Shown here: piece after piece, positions 48,151 through 57,947 of the stretch
Layout: each line of letters begins with the position of its first letter
Numbering within the stretch: the stretch's first letter is position 1
NCBI GenBank assembly: GCA_018657765.1
Contig: JABHWM010000018.1
Location: forward strand, 91,541-155,540
From: Minisyncoccota bacterium
GTDB taxonomy: Bacteria; Patescibacteriota; Microgenomatia; UBA1400; PJMF01
Reading direction: 5' to 3'
DNA: 64,000 bases
Position numbers and translations under genes: made by a program
Notes under the pieces: generated by a model
Seen by the model: only the letters and a program-made list of their open reading frames with translations
Told to the model about the DNA's origin: nothing
Databases searched by the model: none

Positions 48151-48876
48151 TTACCCTGCAATCTCCTCTATTAAACCTTTAAAATACTTCATCATTGGAA
48201 TAATGTATGGATAGTCAAAACGATGAGATCCTAGCACACCCAATTTACATGATTTACCGGCAGCGTTAACTTCCATATAAATCACACTCACAGATTCTAG
48301 ATTTCTATTTCCTAGTTCTTTTCCAAAGACAAGATGAACTGGATTCTCACTTTTACCCAGATTAAAAATCTCGGTCATGATGCTGCTTTCTTCAATCAAG
48401 TTCAAAACATTACGCATCACTCTAATATCAAAAAACTCTGGCATATTGAGTAAATTAGCATATCCTGAATGATAAACTCTGTGTTTCTTACCAGTCATCG
48501 CAATCCCGATTGCTCCAGATTTTTCAGCAAGAATCTTTGCAGCTTCATAGATCAAAATATCTGTATCTTGTCGATACTTCCAGATTTTTTCCTTTGCCCC
48601 CACCTCATCTGCCACAGAGAGTTCTTTTTCTTTCATTAATTCATTGACGTATAAACGTAAAGCGAGTGGTGTGGGAATTCTTCCAGCCGAGATATGAGAT
48701 TTTTGCAAATATCCTTGTTTGGTCAGATAAACCATTTCATTACGAATGGTTGCAGGAGAAACTCCTATATTGAATTTTTTATCGATAGTATCAGAACCAA
48801 CCGGCTTGGCTGTAGAGATAAACTCCTCGATAATAGCGCGTAAAATTTGAATCTGTCTGGCAACTAGATCTATCAT
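48151..48876 (-). CDS. hrcA: Heat-inducible repressor HrcA (short form)
   Basis: RQIQILRAII, PVGS, SPATIRNEM, HISAGRIPT, GVLG-x2-RFDY. Confidence 0.95.
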   Translation of the reverse strand: MIDLVARQIQILRAIIEEFISTAKPVGSDTIDKKFNIGVSPATIRNEMVYLTKQGYLQKSHISAGRIPTPLALRLYVNELMKEKELSVADEVGAKEKIWKYRQDTDILIYEAAKILAEKSGAIGIAMTGKKHRVYHSGYANLLNMPEFFDIRVMRNVLNLIEESSIMTEIFNLGKSENPVHLVFGKELGNRNLESVSVIYMEVNAAGKSCKLGVLGSHRFDYPYIIPMMKYFKGLIEEIAG

Positions 48877-48879
48877 ATG

Positions 48880-48906
48880 TTAGCAATGATACGTGCTGAG
48901 TGCTAG
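48880..48906. promoter_or_regulatory. CIRCE operator overlapping the hrcA promoter
   Basis: TTAGCAATG-N9-GAGTGCTAG; on the minus strand TTGACT-17 bp-TATCAT overlaps it. Confidence 0.85.
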
Positions 48907-50054
48907 GAAGTCAAGCTTCTTTCTACTACCTTCTTGATTCCCTTGATGAACTCTTTTTGATTGAATTTTTGAGCCCATTGTTTAATTTCTTGTTCTTTGA
49001 AACTAATTTTCTCAAACCTCTGCAAAGCTTTTTTTAGTCCATCTTTATTTAGATCATCAAAAACTACTCCAGTTTTTCCATCAATCACTGTTTCCTTGGG
49101 GCCACCAGACTTATGAGCAATTACAGGGACACCATATAGCATTGATTCTACTGGAACCATTCCAAAATCCTCATGCTCTACTGGATAAAACAAAGCCTTT
49201 GCCCCGCCATAAAGTTTTGTGAGTTCTTGATCAGAAACAGCACCCATAAACTCTATTGTTGGGCCGGCAATAGCTTGTAAATGAGCCATCATTTTTCCAG
49301 TTCCTACAACCTTTAGTGGTAACTCCAGATCTGTACAGACTTCTACTGCTAGTTCTGGATGCTTGGCTAAAGCAAGTCTATTGACGTACAAAAAATATTC
49401 TTCTTCTTTTAAATTTTTGCTTTCTAATGACTTCTTAGAATCTAATTCTTTTGTTCCTGAAAAATCAACAGGTGGATAAACCACTACAGAATCTAGTTTA
49501 TAAAACTTCTTGATTCTACTGGCAGTTTCTTTAGAATTTGCAATAAATAAATCTACTCTTTCTCTAGAAACTTTAACATCGATAATTCTCATAAAATGAT
49601 TGAGAAAATATCCCGCAGTTCTCATCAACGGATTTCTCTTCCAATCACTCATTGCAGAATACCCATACAATACTCTAGGTGGGGTGTGACAGTAACAAAG
49701 ATGTTTTCCATTAGGAACGCTGACTGCTTTGGCAAAATATGCATTTGAAGAAGAAATAACCACATCATACTTGGACATATCTAGACTAGAAAAAGCCCAT
49801 GGTGCTAGGAAACGTAGTGGAGAGTGGAGCTTCTTAAATCCCGGGATTTTACCCAACCAAGTTTCTCTAATATCCCAGCCTTCATATCTTTTTGCATGAA
49901 CACCTAGAGATTTTCTATCAAAAAAAGCCGTATAAACTGGAGCTTCTGGATACATTTCATGTAAACTTTCCAGAACTCTTTCTGCTCCACCAAACTCTCG
50001 TAAATAGTCATGAACTAGCGCTACTTTTAGTGTATTATTTTTTTTATTTTGCAT
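48903..50054 (-). CDS. GT4 glycosyltransferase
   Basis: VALVHDYL-x2-FGGAERV, YCHTPPR, EDFGMVPVES. Confidence 0.93.
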   Translation of the reverse strand: MQNKKNNTLKVALVHDYLREFGGAERVLESLHEMYPEAPVYTAFFDRKSLGVHAKRYEGWDIRETWLGKIPGFKKLHSPLRFLAPWAFSSLDMSKYDVVISSSNAYFAKAVSVPNGKHLCYCHTPPRVLYGYSAMSDWKRNPLMRTAGYFLNHFMRIIDVKVSRERVDLFIANSKETASRIKKFYKLDSVVVYPPVDFSGTKELDSKKSLESKNLKEEEYFLYVNRLALAKHPELAVEVCTDLELPLKVVGTGKMMAHLQAIAGPTIEFMGAVSDQELTKLYGGAKALFYPVEHEDFGMVPVESMLYGVPVIAHKSGGPKETVIDGKTGVVFDDLNKDGLKKALQRFEKISFKEQEIKQWAQKFNQKEFIKGIKKVVERSLTS

Positions 50055-50984
50055 TTAAAACAATGCCTCCTGAATAGATGACTCAAAAGCATCCTGTGGT
50101 AATAACTTCACTAAAGATCTAAAATTCAACTCTTCAAAAAGATTAGTAATTATTTCTTTATTATAAGAAGAAACCTTGCAGTCTTCCAAAATAAAATCTA
50201 TATCTACATCTATCAAAATAGTAGCTAGATGTTTACTGAGAATGGCATTTTCTTTATCTGTTATCAATTTATTTTTTACTGATTTTGTAAAAACAGAATT
50301 ATCCACTTCTGATTCCAGGGCTTTATAAACTCCTTCAATAGAATCAAAAGCTTCTAGCAATGCATTAGCAGTTTTTGGGCCAATTCCTTTTACTCCAGGG
50401 ATATTATCAGAACTATCTCCCATCAAACCCTTAAGATCAATCACTCTATCTGGAAAAACGCCCAATTTTTCTTTTACTTTTTCAACATCATACTCAACAT
50501 CATTTTGAAACTTACCTCTACCTGGCATATAAACATGGGTATCGTTATCAACTAACTGAAGCATGTCCTTGTCCCCAGTGAGAATCATTGTCAGTAACTC
50601 CTTATCCAAAGACTCGACTTTTCTATTAATCGTCCCGATAAGATCATCTGCCTCGAAACCTTCTTTTATAAAGAGAGGAATATTCAAAGCTGTTACTACA
50701 TCCTTGATCATCTGGATCTGAGGCCTCAACTCTTCTGGCATAGAAGGTCTATTTGCCTTGTACTCTTTGTATTCTTTACTGCGATTAGTGGGCTTTCGGT
50801 GATCAAAAGTCACAGCCATATGAGTAGGCTCAATGTCGCGAATAACTGTCAAAAGAATTCTGGAAAATCCATAAACAGCATTAATCAATTGACCAGAAGT
50901 TGAAGTCAAAGTTTTGGGAAATCCATAGAAACAACGATAAATAAGGGCATGTCCATCAACTAAAAGGAATGTTTTACGTGGCAT
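50055..50984 (-). CDS. Stand-alone 5'-3' exonuclease / flap endonuclease (Pol I N-terminal domain)
   Basis: LVDGHALIYR, YKANR, EADDLIG, TGDKD, GDSSDNIPGVKGIGPKTA. Confidence 0.94.
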   Translation of the reverse strand: MPRKTFLLVDGHALIYRCFYGFPKTLTSTSGQLINAVYGFSRILLTVIRDIEPTHMAVTFDHRKPTNRSKEYKEYKANRPSMPEELRPQIQMIKDVVTALNIPLFIKEGFEADDLIGTINRKVESLDKELLTMILTGDKDMLQLVDNDTHVYMPGRGKFQNDVEYDVEKVKEKLGVFPDRVIDLKGLMGDSSDNIPGVKGIGPKTANALLEAFDSIEGVYKALESEVDNSVFTKSVKNKLITDKENAILSKHLATILIDVDIDFILEDCKVSSYNKEIITNLFEELNFRSLVKLLPQDAFESSIQEALF

Positions 50985-51032
50985 AGAACTATATCTTAAC
51001 AGGTTATTTCACCGCCTGAAATACAAAATGAG

Positions 51033-51482
51033 TTACAATCTCCACCTCTGTGGAGCTTTAGTACTTTCTTTTTGTTTAATCAAAAAGTCAGTCTTATGCC
51101 TCAGGGTATTAACGTTATCTTCCATTCTATCTAGTTTTTCATGAATACGACGCCATTCATAATCTTCCTGTACCTGATTCAGGTAAACCGTAATCGTACC
51201 CACTAGAGTACCAAACATAACTGCTCCAGAAATCTGTAAAAAGGCGCCAATAACCCTACCACCAGTGGTTACTGGAACTAAATCACCATAGCCCACAGTA
51301 GTAACCGTGGTAATAGCCCACCATAAACCATCAACAACAGTATTTATGGTTGTGTTATCTGCTTGCATCTCAAAAGGAATAACCACCATCCCTGCAAAAA
51401 TAGTTAAGGTAAAAATAACGATTAGAATTTTACTGAGACGACGAGCTAATGGAAAACGACGAACTAGAATTGAGGCAGACAT
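51033..51482 (-). CDS. 2-TM potassium channel (KcsA-like)
   Basis: WWAITTVTTVGYGD selectivity filter. Confidence 0.93.
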   Translation of the reverse strand: MSASILVRRFPLARRLSKILIVIFTLTIFAGMVVIPFEMQADNTTINTVVDGLWWAITTVTTVGYGDLVPVTTGGRVIGAFLQISGAVMFGTLVGTITVYLNQVQEDYEWRRIHEKLDRMEDNVNTLRHKTDFLIKQKESTKAPQRWRL

Positions 51483-51536
51483 AGATCTACTATACGAAAA
51501 AAAACAAAGAAGAACAATGCTTAACTAGATAAAAAC

Positions 51537-53480
51537 TTAACTTTTCTTAAGCTGTTTCTTTGCCTTTGGCATCTTCATCACCTCTGTAAAAGTATCACCA
51601 TCCAAGGTTTCTACTTCAAGAAGTTTTTTAGTAACTAGATCTAGTTCTTTTCGATATTTTTTGAGTAGAGTCATAGCCTTTGCTTGAGCTTCATCTATAA
51701 ATTTACGAACCTCTACATCTACTTTATCCTGAAGATTAGTAGAAATTTTGAGTGGTTCTCCCCAATTTTTTGAGTAATCGCTATTATATTGAGGTGTAAA
51801 GTTCATTGGACCCAATTCACTCATCCCATACTCCATCACCATTGATCTAGCAACTCTAGTTGCTCGTTCTATATCATTACTTGCACCAGCTGTTTGTTCT
51901 TTATAAATCAAAAGTTCTGCAGCACGTCCACCCATCATCATCACCATGTCGTCCAAAATCTCTGATTTTAGCAACTGAACTCTGTCTTTTTCTGGAGGAG
52001 TAAAAGTATAACCCAAAGCATGACCCCTAGAAACAATAGAGATTCTATGAACTGGATCAGAGAAAGGTAATACATGAGCCAAAACAGCGTGTCCTGCCTC
52101 ATGATAAGCGGTCATTTCACGCTCATAGTCATCATGAAGACGTTTCTTACTAGGACCATACTTGACCTTCATAGAAGCTTCTTCAATGTCATCCATAACA
52201 ATTTCTTTTCTGCTTTCGCGAGCAACAGCAATAGCCGCTTCATTCATCATGTTTTCAAGATCAGCTCCAGAAAAACCTACGGTACGTTTGGCTATCTTTT
52301 CCCATGTTAAATTCTTACTAAGAGGTTTACCCTTGGCATGAATCTTCAAAATAAATTTACGTTCTTCAATATCTGGCAAAGTTACTGTGACTCGTCTATC
52401 AAAACGACCTGGTCTTACCAAAGCGTTATCCAACATATCACCACGATTTGTAGCAGCCATAACTAGCACATTCTCGTTACGAGCAAAACCATCCATCTCG
52501 ACCAAGATTTGATTCAAAGTCTGTTCTCTCTCGTCATGTCCGCCCATATTTCCTCTGCCACGAGCTCTACCAATAGCATCTATCTCATCGATAAAAATAA
52601 TTGCCGGAGCAAGTTTTTTTGCGGTATTAAAAAGATCACGAACTCTAGAAGCACCAACTCCTACCAACATCTCCATAAATTCAGAACCAGCGATAGAAAG
52701 AAACTGTACATTTGCTTCACCAGCAACGGCTCTAGCAAGTAAGGTCTTACCTGTTCCAGAAGGACCTACTAACAAAACACCTTTTGGAGTACGAGCTCCA
52801 ACCTTGATGTATTTTTTTGGGTTCTTCAAGAAATCAACAACTTCTTGTAATTCTTTTTTTGCCTCAGCCATTCCACCAACATCAGCAAATGAAATATTCT
52901 GTTTACCTTTAATAAATATCTTTGCTTTGCTTTTGCCAATCCCCATGATTCCATCTTGAGAACCTCTAGCCTGACGGAACATCATCATAAAAAAGAAAAT
53001 CATCAAACCAATAGGTAAGAAGTTAATTATTAACTCCCACATAAGTTGACTAAAAGCCAGATTTTCTACAGTTACATCAACCTCAGCAATATCAATCCCT
53101 GCAGAATCTAGAATTCCCAAAGCTTCTTGTCCTTCTTCTTTCAAAGCATATTTTTTACTATCATCTTTATAAATCCCACGAAGTTCTGTACCAGTCACCT
53201 GGATTTTCTCTATTTTTTCTTCACGAACATCACGAACTAACTGACTCAAAGAAATATATTCTGTAGAATTAAAACCAAACATTGATTTTATAGATGGCCA
53301 AAAAATAAGAAGTAGAATCAAGACCACAAATCCTTTATTAAAAAGACTACTGAGGTTTATATTCATCTTAAAAATTTTTACATTTTTAGGTAATTTACCT
53401 GGTTTATTAGGTTTTTTTGGTGATTTGTTTTTAGAAGAAAGTGGTTTTTTTTCTTGTTTTTTTTCAGACTTTTCGATCAT
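51537..53480 (-). CDS. ftsH: ATP-dependent metalloprotease FtsH
   Basis: Two TMs, [31 protein letters not shown]. Confidence 0.98.
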   Translation of the reverse strand: MIEKSEKKQEKKPLSSKNKSPKKPNKPGKLPKNVKIFKMNINLSSLFNKGFVVLILLLIFWPSIKSMFGFNSTEYISLSQLVRDVREEKIEKIQVTGTELRGIYKDDSKKYALKEEGQEALGILDSAGIDIAEVDVTVENLAFSQLMWELIINFLPIGLMIFFFMMMFRQARGSQDGIMGIGKSKAKIFIKGKQNISFADVGGMAEAKKELQEVVDFLKNPKKYIKVGARTPKGVLLVGPSGTGKTLLARAVAGEANVQFLSIAGSEFMEMLVGVGASRVRDLFNTAKKLAPAIIFIDEIDAIGRARGRGNMGGHDEREQTLNQILVEMDGFARNENVLVMAATNRGDMLDNALVRPGRFDRRVTVTLPDIEERKFILKIHAKGKPLSKNLTWEKIAKRTVGFSGADLENMMNEAAIAVARESRKEIVMDDIEEASMKVKYGPSKKRLHDDYEREMTAYHEAGHAVLAHVLPFSDPVHRISIVSRGHALGYTFTPPEKDRVQLLKSEILDDMVMMMGGRAAELLIYKEQTAGASNDIERATRVARSMVMEYGMSELGPMNFTPQYNSDYSKNWGEPLKISTNLQDKVDVEVRKFIDEAQAKAMTLLKKYRKELDLVTKKLLEVETLDGDTFTEVMKMPKAKKQLKKS

Positions 53481-53547
53481 AGTGACAGGTATTGTAACAT
53501 GGGCTTCTGATCAAGGTAGTACATCTTAAAATAAAATTTGTACCTGA

Positions 53548-54414
53548 TTAATCTGAACTAATAAACTCCAGAATAAATGGAATATCTTCTACTAATCTCA
53601 AAAACTCAGGATTATCTTCAGTTTCTAGTTTAATTAAAATCTGTTTCAAGTCTGGTGCTTTTTTGCCATTTTCTCTAAAAATAACCGAGATTTTACTTCT
53701 ATGACCAAGAGATAATCTAATAAATTCTTCTAAGTTATCTTCTCTCAAAAGCTCCAAAGAAGTTAATATATCTATCGGTAACTCAAGATCTTTACTCTTC
53801 AGAAAAAAATCTACATTAGATTTTTTTCTGAAATAAAAAAGCATAAAATCATAAATAGATTCATTAGCTATATCTACCAAAGATTGATATGGATCAATAG
53901 GTAAATCATTCTCAGAATCAATAAAAGCCTGTTCTATTAATTCTGGTGCATTGAAAAAAAATCTTAAAAAAAGATCATCATCTATCAATGAAGAATGCTT
54001 ATCAAATAATTCAATAAAATTATCAGGACTCTGTTTTATAAGTTTAAGCATATTAAACAAAACAGCTGAGTTATTATCTTCTTCACTCAGTCCCAGGTCT
54101 TTTGACCTACCCATATGTATCAAATGAATCTCTGTTTCACAATGAAAACAATTTACTCTGACATTACTATCTGAGTTATACCTTCCATTTCTTCTGGCAT
54201 CATGATCTAGATGACCAACAATTGATTCATCATTAGTAATTTTTACTCCACAATTTTCACATTTGCCTTCTGACCTAGCTACTACTTCTTTTCTTCTGTC
54301 AGTTCCTGCCGCAGCAGTAGCAAGAGTACCCAAAACAGCCAAAGCGCCAAAAATAAAAGCAGCATCTTTTGCTACTTTACCCAAACTCTCTTTTCTATTC
54401 TTGGAACGTTCCAC
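53548..54414 (-). CDS. HNH-like zinc-binding domain protein with helical repeats
   Basis: CENCG...VGHLDH...NVRVNCFHCE-x2-IH; likely GTG start at 54414 (the track start is 54528). Confidence 0.6.
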   Translation of the reverse strand: MERSKNRKESLGKVAKDAAFIFGALAVLGTLATAAAGTDRRKEVVARSEGKCENCGVKITNDESIVGHLDHDARRNGRYNSDSNVRVNCFHCETEIHLIHMGRSKDLGLSEEDNNSAVLFNMLKLIKQSPDNFIELFDKHSSLIDDDLFLRFFFNAPELIEQAFIDSENDLPIDPYQSLVDIANESIYDFMLFYFRKKSNVDFFLKSKDLELPIDILTSLELLREDNLEEFIRLSLGHRSKISVIFRENGKKAPDLKQILIKLETEDNPEFLRLVEDIPFILEFISSD

Positions 54415-54591
54415 CGAATTAACTTTCAAAGATTTATAAAAATCTAAAATATCTTTATATAAATATGTTTCAAAAGAAACAAGTTCAACGTGAATAATTA
54501 AAAATAACAAACTTGTTACATATAACAAACAGCATCAAACTGTATTATCTAAAAAAAACGAAAAAATTCAAGAGCAATAAAATTAAAAAAC

Positions 54592-54927
54592 CTACCTCAC
54601 TACAGTACCGACAGCAACTTCAGGCTTTAGGGCAAAAGGAACAGGTTTGTCAGCTCCATCAGCCATGATCATCATCCCCTGACTCACGCTTTCACCCATT
54701 TTTCTTTCGGCAAGATTAATCACGAACATATAAGTATTACCGACAAAATCATCTGGTGAGTACCACTCTTTAATTCCTGATAAAATATTTTTCTCACCAA
54801 TTTCTTCTCCAAAATCTACAGTAAGTTGTAACAACTTTTTACTCCAGTCTGGTTCAGAAGCAGCAATTACTTTTCCTATTCTAATATCTAGTTTTTCAAA
54901 ATCACTGTATTCAATAATTGGTTTCAT
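54592..54927 (-). CDS. tRNA-binding OB-fold protein (MetG C-terminal/CsaA/Trbp111 family)
   Basis: DFEKLDIRIGKV, VDFG, ILSGI, NL-x2-RKM, SQGM. Confidence 0.92.
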   Translation of the reverse strand: MKPIIEYSDFEKLDIRIGKVIAASEPDWSKKLLQLTVDFGEEIGEKNILSGIKEWYSPDDFVGNTYMFVINLAERKMGESVSQGMMIMADGADKPVPFALKPEVAVGTVVR

Positions 54928-55009
54928 TTTTATTCCTTTAGCTCAAAAAGCTTATTATTTTATATATAAAAAACTCATTTTAAATAAATAAATTTTTCAC
55001 AATTTTTTA

Positions 55010-56044
55010 TTAATTTAATTGGTTTTCAATTCCCAATACTTGGTAAACTTCTTTCATCGTAGCATCAGCTACTTTAGCAGCTTCGTCTGCACCATTCTTA
55101 AGAATCTCTTTAACTTGATTCAAATCCTGCTCAAGATTTCTTCTACGATCACGAGCTTGTGCAAACATTCTCTGATGAGCCAAGAAAAGCTTTTCTTTGA
55201 CTTCTACATCACCCACTGTTCCAACAGTATATCTATCCTTCAAATCAGCCACTTCAGCTAAGTCATCATTCAATAAATCATGATACAAAAACACTGGATT
55301 ACCTTCTACTTTTCCAGGATCAGTAGCCTTTTTTCTATTGGGATCTGTAAAACAACTCATGATCTGTTTACGAATCACTGCCTCATCCTCGAAAATACCG
55401 ATAATATTACCCAAAGATTTACTCATCTTACGCTTACCATCTGTACCAATAATCTTACCAATAGTTTTTGAGATTAATGGTTCTGGCAAAGGAAAGACAT
55501 CCTTCTTATATGTACGATTAAAGTTCTCTGCAATATCGCGAGCCAGCTCAATGTGTTGCCTTTGATCCTCACCAACAGGTACCCCAAATGGCTTATATAT
55601 CAAAATATCTGCTGCCATCAAGATAGGATAGTTAAACAAGCCCATGTTGATAGATTCCACACCTACATTTTTCTGTAACTTATCCTTGAAAGCATGCATT
55701 CTTTTCATTTGACCAAAAGAAACATAATTAGCCAAGACTACAGCTAGCTGCGTATGAGACATTACCTGAGATTGACGAAAAAACACTGAGTTACTCGGAT
55801 CTAGTCCCAATGATAAATAATCCAAAACAACTCCAGTAATATTCTTTTCTAGAGCTGCTGCATCATGAACTGTTGTCAGAGCATGAAGATCAGCTATAAA
55901 ATAATGGGTATCTGTTGTCAGATCATTCTGTAGTTCTAGCTGTGGTTTTACCGCACCAAAATAGTTCCCGATGTGGAGTGAGTTACCACTGGGAGTAATA
56001 CCAGATAAAATTCTTTTTTTGTTATTTGTTTGTTGTGTTGACAT
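55010..56044 (-). CDS. trpS: Tryptophanyl-tRNA synthetase
   Basis: HIGN, ADLHALT, YPILMAADIL, VPVGEDQ, KMSKS. Confidence 0.98.
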   Translation of the reverse strand: MSTQQTNNKKRILSGITPSGNSLHIGNYFGAVKPQLELQNDLTTDTHYFIADLHALTTVHDAAALEKNITGVVLDYLSLGLDPSNSVFFRQSQVMSHTQLAVVLANYVSFGQMKRMHAFKDKLQKNVGVESINMGLFNYPILMAADILIYKPFGVPVGEDQRQHIELARDIAENFNRTYKKDVFPLPEPLISKTIGKIIGTDGKRKMSKSLGNIIGIFEDEAVIRKQIMSCFTDPNRKKATDPGKVEGNPVFLYHDLLNDDLAEVADLKDRYTVGTVGDVEVKEKLFLAHQRMFAQARDRRRNLEQDLNQVKEILKNGADEAAKVADATMKEVYQVLGIENQLN

Positions 56045-56117
56045 ATGACTTTCTTAATTATAAATGAATACTATTTTTTTCTGAGAGGAAAATAATTTCA
56101 AAATATCTTTTTGATAT

Positions 56118-56230
56118 AAAAAATCCCCTCAACAGGGGCTTTATATATTTTATATATTTAGATACACAAAAATCCCCTAAACTAGAGAGGTTCGCCAATA
56201 AAAGCTAGAATTTGTGTTTAGAATTAACAT
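56118..56230 (-). promoter_or_regulatory. Putative Trp attenuator: leader peptide, antiterminator and terminator
   Basis: Leader ORF 56230-56177; two AGGGGATTTTT segments compete for one AAAGCCCCT segment. Confidence 0.75.
56177..56230 (-). CDS. TrpL-like leader peptide MLILNTNSSFYWRTSLV
   Basis: ATG...TGG CGA ACC TCT CTA GTT TAG; WRTS equals the end of E. coli TrpL (WWRTS). Confidence 0.7.
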   Translation of the reverse strand: MLILNTNSSFYWRTSLV

Positions 56231-56241
56231 ATTTTTCTTAA

Positions 56242-56405
56242 TAGATTTGTAGTAAAACAAAAATTATTGTTAATTTTGCATATATTTTATTAAATTTAGA
56301 TTTTTCTGATGACAATAGTAGCTATGTCTACTTGCGGAAGAAGAAAATTATAAATTTTTAAAATAGATGTAAAAGTGCTGTTATTTTTATTTTACTACAA
56401 ATCTA
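56242..56405. repeat. 23-bp inverted repeat (22/23 identical) around a 118-bp spacer
   Basis: TAGATTTGTAGTAAAACAAAAAT (56242-56264) versus ATTTTTATTTTACTACAAATCTA (56383-56405). Confidence 0.85.
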
Positions 56406-56489
56406 ATATAAATCTTAAAATAAATTAAAGATACCAAAAAATCACTGAATCCATAGATTATTAATTAAAATAATCTATGAATTATTCAA

Positions 56490-57359
56490 CTATAGTTCTT
56501 CTATTTGAACATTAGGGTTCAAATCAGGAGTGTCTATAAGATTGAGATATTTTTCAGTAGTAGTAATACGTTTGTGACCAACTAGTTGAGAAACATAAAC
56601 CAATGGTGTTCCAGCTTTGAGCTGTTCAACAATGAAAGTATGTCTAAGATCATTTACCTTAGCTCCTTTAATACCGGCCAAACGGAAATAACGATCGATA
56701 GCTGTACGAATATTTCTAACCAAGAATGGTCTACATGTTTTGGTTAAAAAGACTGTTTTTTCTCTAGCTCTAGGACGAACCTTGAGATATTCCATAACAG
56801 CTTTTTTGGCAGCTTTATTCAAAGGAACTTTACGTTCTTCTCTAGAATTTTGAGCTAAGATCATGATGATACCTCTTTCAAGATCAACATCATCAGAAGC
56901 CAAAGCCGCTAACTCACTGATTCTCATACCAGTCTGTAAAAGTAATTCTACAATTGCAAAAATACGAGCATCACCTCTACAAGCATCTCTCAGAGCACGA
57001 TACTCCAGACGAGAAAGAACTCTTGGGGGAACTTGCTCTATTTTTGGATGAGTAATAGCCTGAGCTGGATTTGTTTCAACAATGCTTTCTGCTATTAAAT
57101 AGCGGAAGAAAGCCTTGATAGAATTAATCTTTCTAGAAATAGATTTACTTGTGTAACGTTTCTGTTTTAAATCACTTTTGAAAAGATCAATATCATCAGT
57201 AGAAACCTCGGCAGCCAATGTTTTACCATTGTTACCAACGAATTGAACTAATTGCTCAATGTCTTTGCTATAAGCAATAACCGTAGCATTAGCTTTACCT
57301 TTTTCTCTAAGGTGTTGTTCAAATTTGACGTGAGCGTCAACCAAAACTGTCTGTTGCAT
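56490..57359 (-). CDS. Tyrosine recombinase, XerC/XerD family
   Basis: N-terminal SAM-like domain, TGMRISEL, NDLRHTF, LVGH-x3-TTEKY. Confidence 0.92.
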   Translation of the reverse strand: MQQTVLVDAHVKFEQHLREKGKANATVIAYSKDIEQLVQFVGNNGKTLAAEVSTDDIDLFKSDLKQKRYTSKSISRKINSIKAFFRYLIAESIVETNPAQAITHPKIEQVPPRVLSRLEYRALRDACRGDARIFAIVELLLQTGMRISELAALASDDVDLERGIIMILAQNSREERKVPLNKAAKKAVMEYLKVRPRAREKTVFLTKTCRPFLVRNIRTAIDRYFRLAGIKGAKVNDLRHTFIVEQLKAGTPLVYVSQLVGHKRITTTEKYLNLIDTPDLNPNVQIEEL

Positions 57360-57495
57360 ATTTATTTTTTCCTCCTATACAGTAGCTTTTAATATTAAAG
57401 CCAGTGTATGATATAGAGCAGATTACTTAATTTTTTATAGTTTTCTATAATCTAACGTCTTATAATACCACACCAAGGGATTTTTTGCAAATAGC

Positions 57496-57861
57496 ATGAT
57501 GAATTTTTTTCAAAGAACACCATCTATCCTCTTTATAACCCTTATAACTATATTATTTATTTTCTCTTTAAGGAGAACAGCTAGTAAAAGTATTGTCTCC
57601 CAAGAAAATGTTGAGGTATTAGAACATACTCTCCAGGATATTACAACCAAGATAGAAATAGAAAAAAAAGAACTAGAATATACGTCCTCAGAGTTTGCCA
57701 AAGAAGGAATTCTTCGTAATGAGCTTTTACTACAAAAACCTGGAGAGTATATTCTCCAGATTCCACTCGAGGAAAAAGAAATAGAAAAACAAAAACTTTC
57801 TCAAGAAAAAACTCCTTGGGAAACTTGGAAAAATCTACTTTTAAATAAAAAAGTTAACTAA
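57496..57861 (+). CDS. FtsB/DivIC-like septum formation protein
   Basis: TM helix, coiled coil, EGILRNELLLQKPGE motif. Confidence 0.75.
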   Translation: MMNFFQRTPSILFITLITILFIFSLRRTASKSIVSQENVEVLEHTLQDITTKIEIEKKELEYTSSEFAKEGILRNELLLQKPGEYILQIPLEEKEIEKQKLSQEKTPWETWKNLLLNKKVN

Positions 57862-57947
57862 AATAAGATCAGCAACTTATACTTACTTATTTTTCCCCAA
57901 GTCTAATGCCTCAACAAGTAGTAAAATACAGTTGAAATACATAAATA

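Noticed and set aside
56045-56489. T-box riboswitch upstream of trpS
   Set aside because: No GGTGGnACCGCG T-box motif or stem I features; the leader-peptide model fits better.
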